Under the pieces are notes generated by a model that searched no databases, was not told the DNA's origin, and was given only the letters and a program-made list of their open reading frames with translations. From Ptychomitrium polyphyllum (taxonomy: Eukaryota): 64,000 bases of DNA. The translations under genes were made by a program, and so were the position numbers. Where the stretch lies: assembly GCA_973851085.1 (NCBI GenBank), contig OZ316775.1, positions 22,940,001-23,004,000 on the forward strand. Reading direction: 5' to 3'. Below, piece after piece: positions 63,430-64,000 of this stretch (within the stretch, counting starts at the first letter, position 1; every line of letters begins with the position of its first letter).

Positions 63430-63630
63430 ATGGCATTTTATGTCATTTTAATGTTAATTTAATGTGAGTCTGAGTTATTTTGATGTCATGTTGATTTCGG
63501 TTATTTTAATGTCAAGGGTCATTTTAATATCATGTTGATTTGAGTTATTTGAATGTCAAGACAACATTATAAGGATATGAAAATGATAAACTATTGGTTG
63601 ATGTCATTTTGACATCACATTTAATGTCTC
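63430..63630. repeat. Cluster of degenerate ATGTCATTTT-type direct repeats and a perfect 8-bp inverted repeat
   Basis: ~32-bp near-duplicate (TCATGTTGATTT..GTTATTT.AATGTCAAG) at ~63486 and ~63530; TGATGTCA-TTT-TGACATCA at 63599-63617. Confidence 0.6.
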
Positions 63631-64000
63631 CAGAGTCACTGATGTTGTTCATGAAGCTTCTCTGAACATTCTAGTTGTATTCAGCCTCTCCTCTGTGCTT
63701 CAGAGTTTCATTTTCCTTCACTTTATGATGGCCAGTTCCTTGGAATATAATTTACATCTGGTTCGGGTTTCAAGGAAGGAAAAAGTTCGTTTTGATAGAT
63801 GCTATAGGAACATTTGATGCATATTTCATGTTCTCTGCACAACTGCATTTCTTTGATGTAATTCTTGTAATCTCAAAGTTACGGCAGTCTGACCTACCAG
63901 CAACATCAGTATGGATCATCAGGCACTCAACTCATGCTGGGCTTTTACATTGGATTCATTTATTTGTAAACCCATTCTCCTTACTTTAGAAAGTGAATGA

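Overview
Plant nuclear DNA with short GT-AG introns. It is most likely from a bryophyte, probably a moss; this is inferred from LHCA5, Tcn1-like chromoviruses and a GGQAEI-type kinase family. From left to right the window holds: the 3' part of a multi-exon DENN-domain gene (+); a convergent, intronless kinase pseudogene (-); an approximately 14 kb AT-rich nested retrotransposon island, in which a decayed Ty1/copia element is interrupted by two related Ty3/gypsy chromoviruses, one carrying an extra 3' ORF; a class II PRPP synthase (-); a copia 3' fragment with its LTR (-); a SWEET transporter (-); a KNOX gene with KNOX1 and KNOX2 domains but no visible ELK or homeodomain (-); tRNA-Lys(UUU) (+); a Su(var)3-9-type SET gene with an extended PHD finger (-); a nuclear-encoded, catalytically degenerate group II intron maturase with an added targeting exon (-); chloroplast lipocalin CHL (-) head-to-head with LHCA5 (+); and a LysM-RLK-related cytoplasmic pseudokinase (-). 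The most notable items are the homeodomain-less KNOX, the domesticated maturase with possible group II intron vestiges, and the ePHD-SET architecture. All gene models were spliced by eye and no database searches were run.
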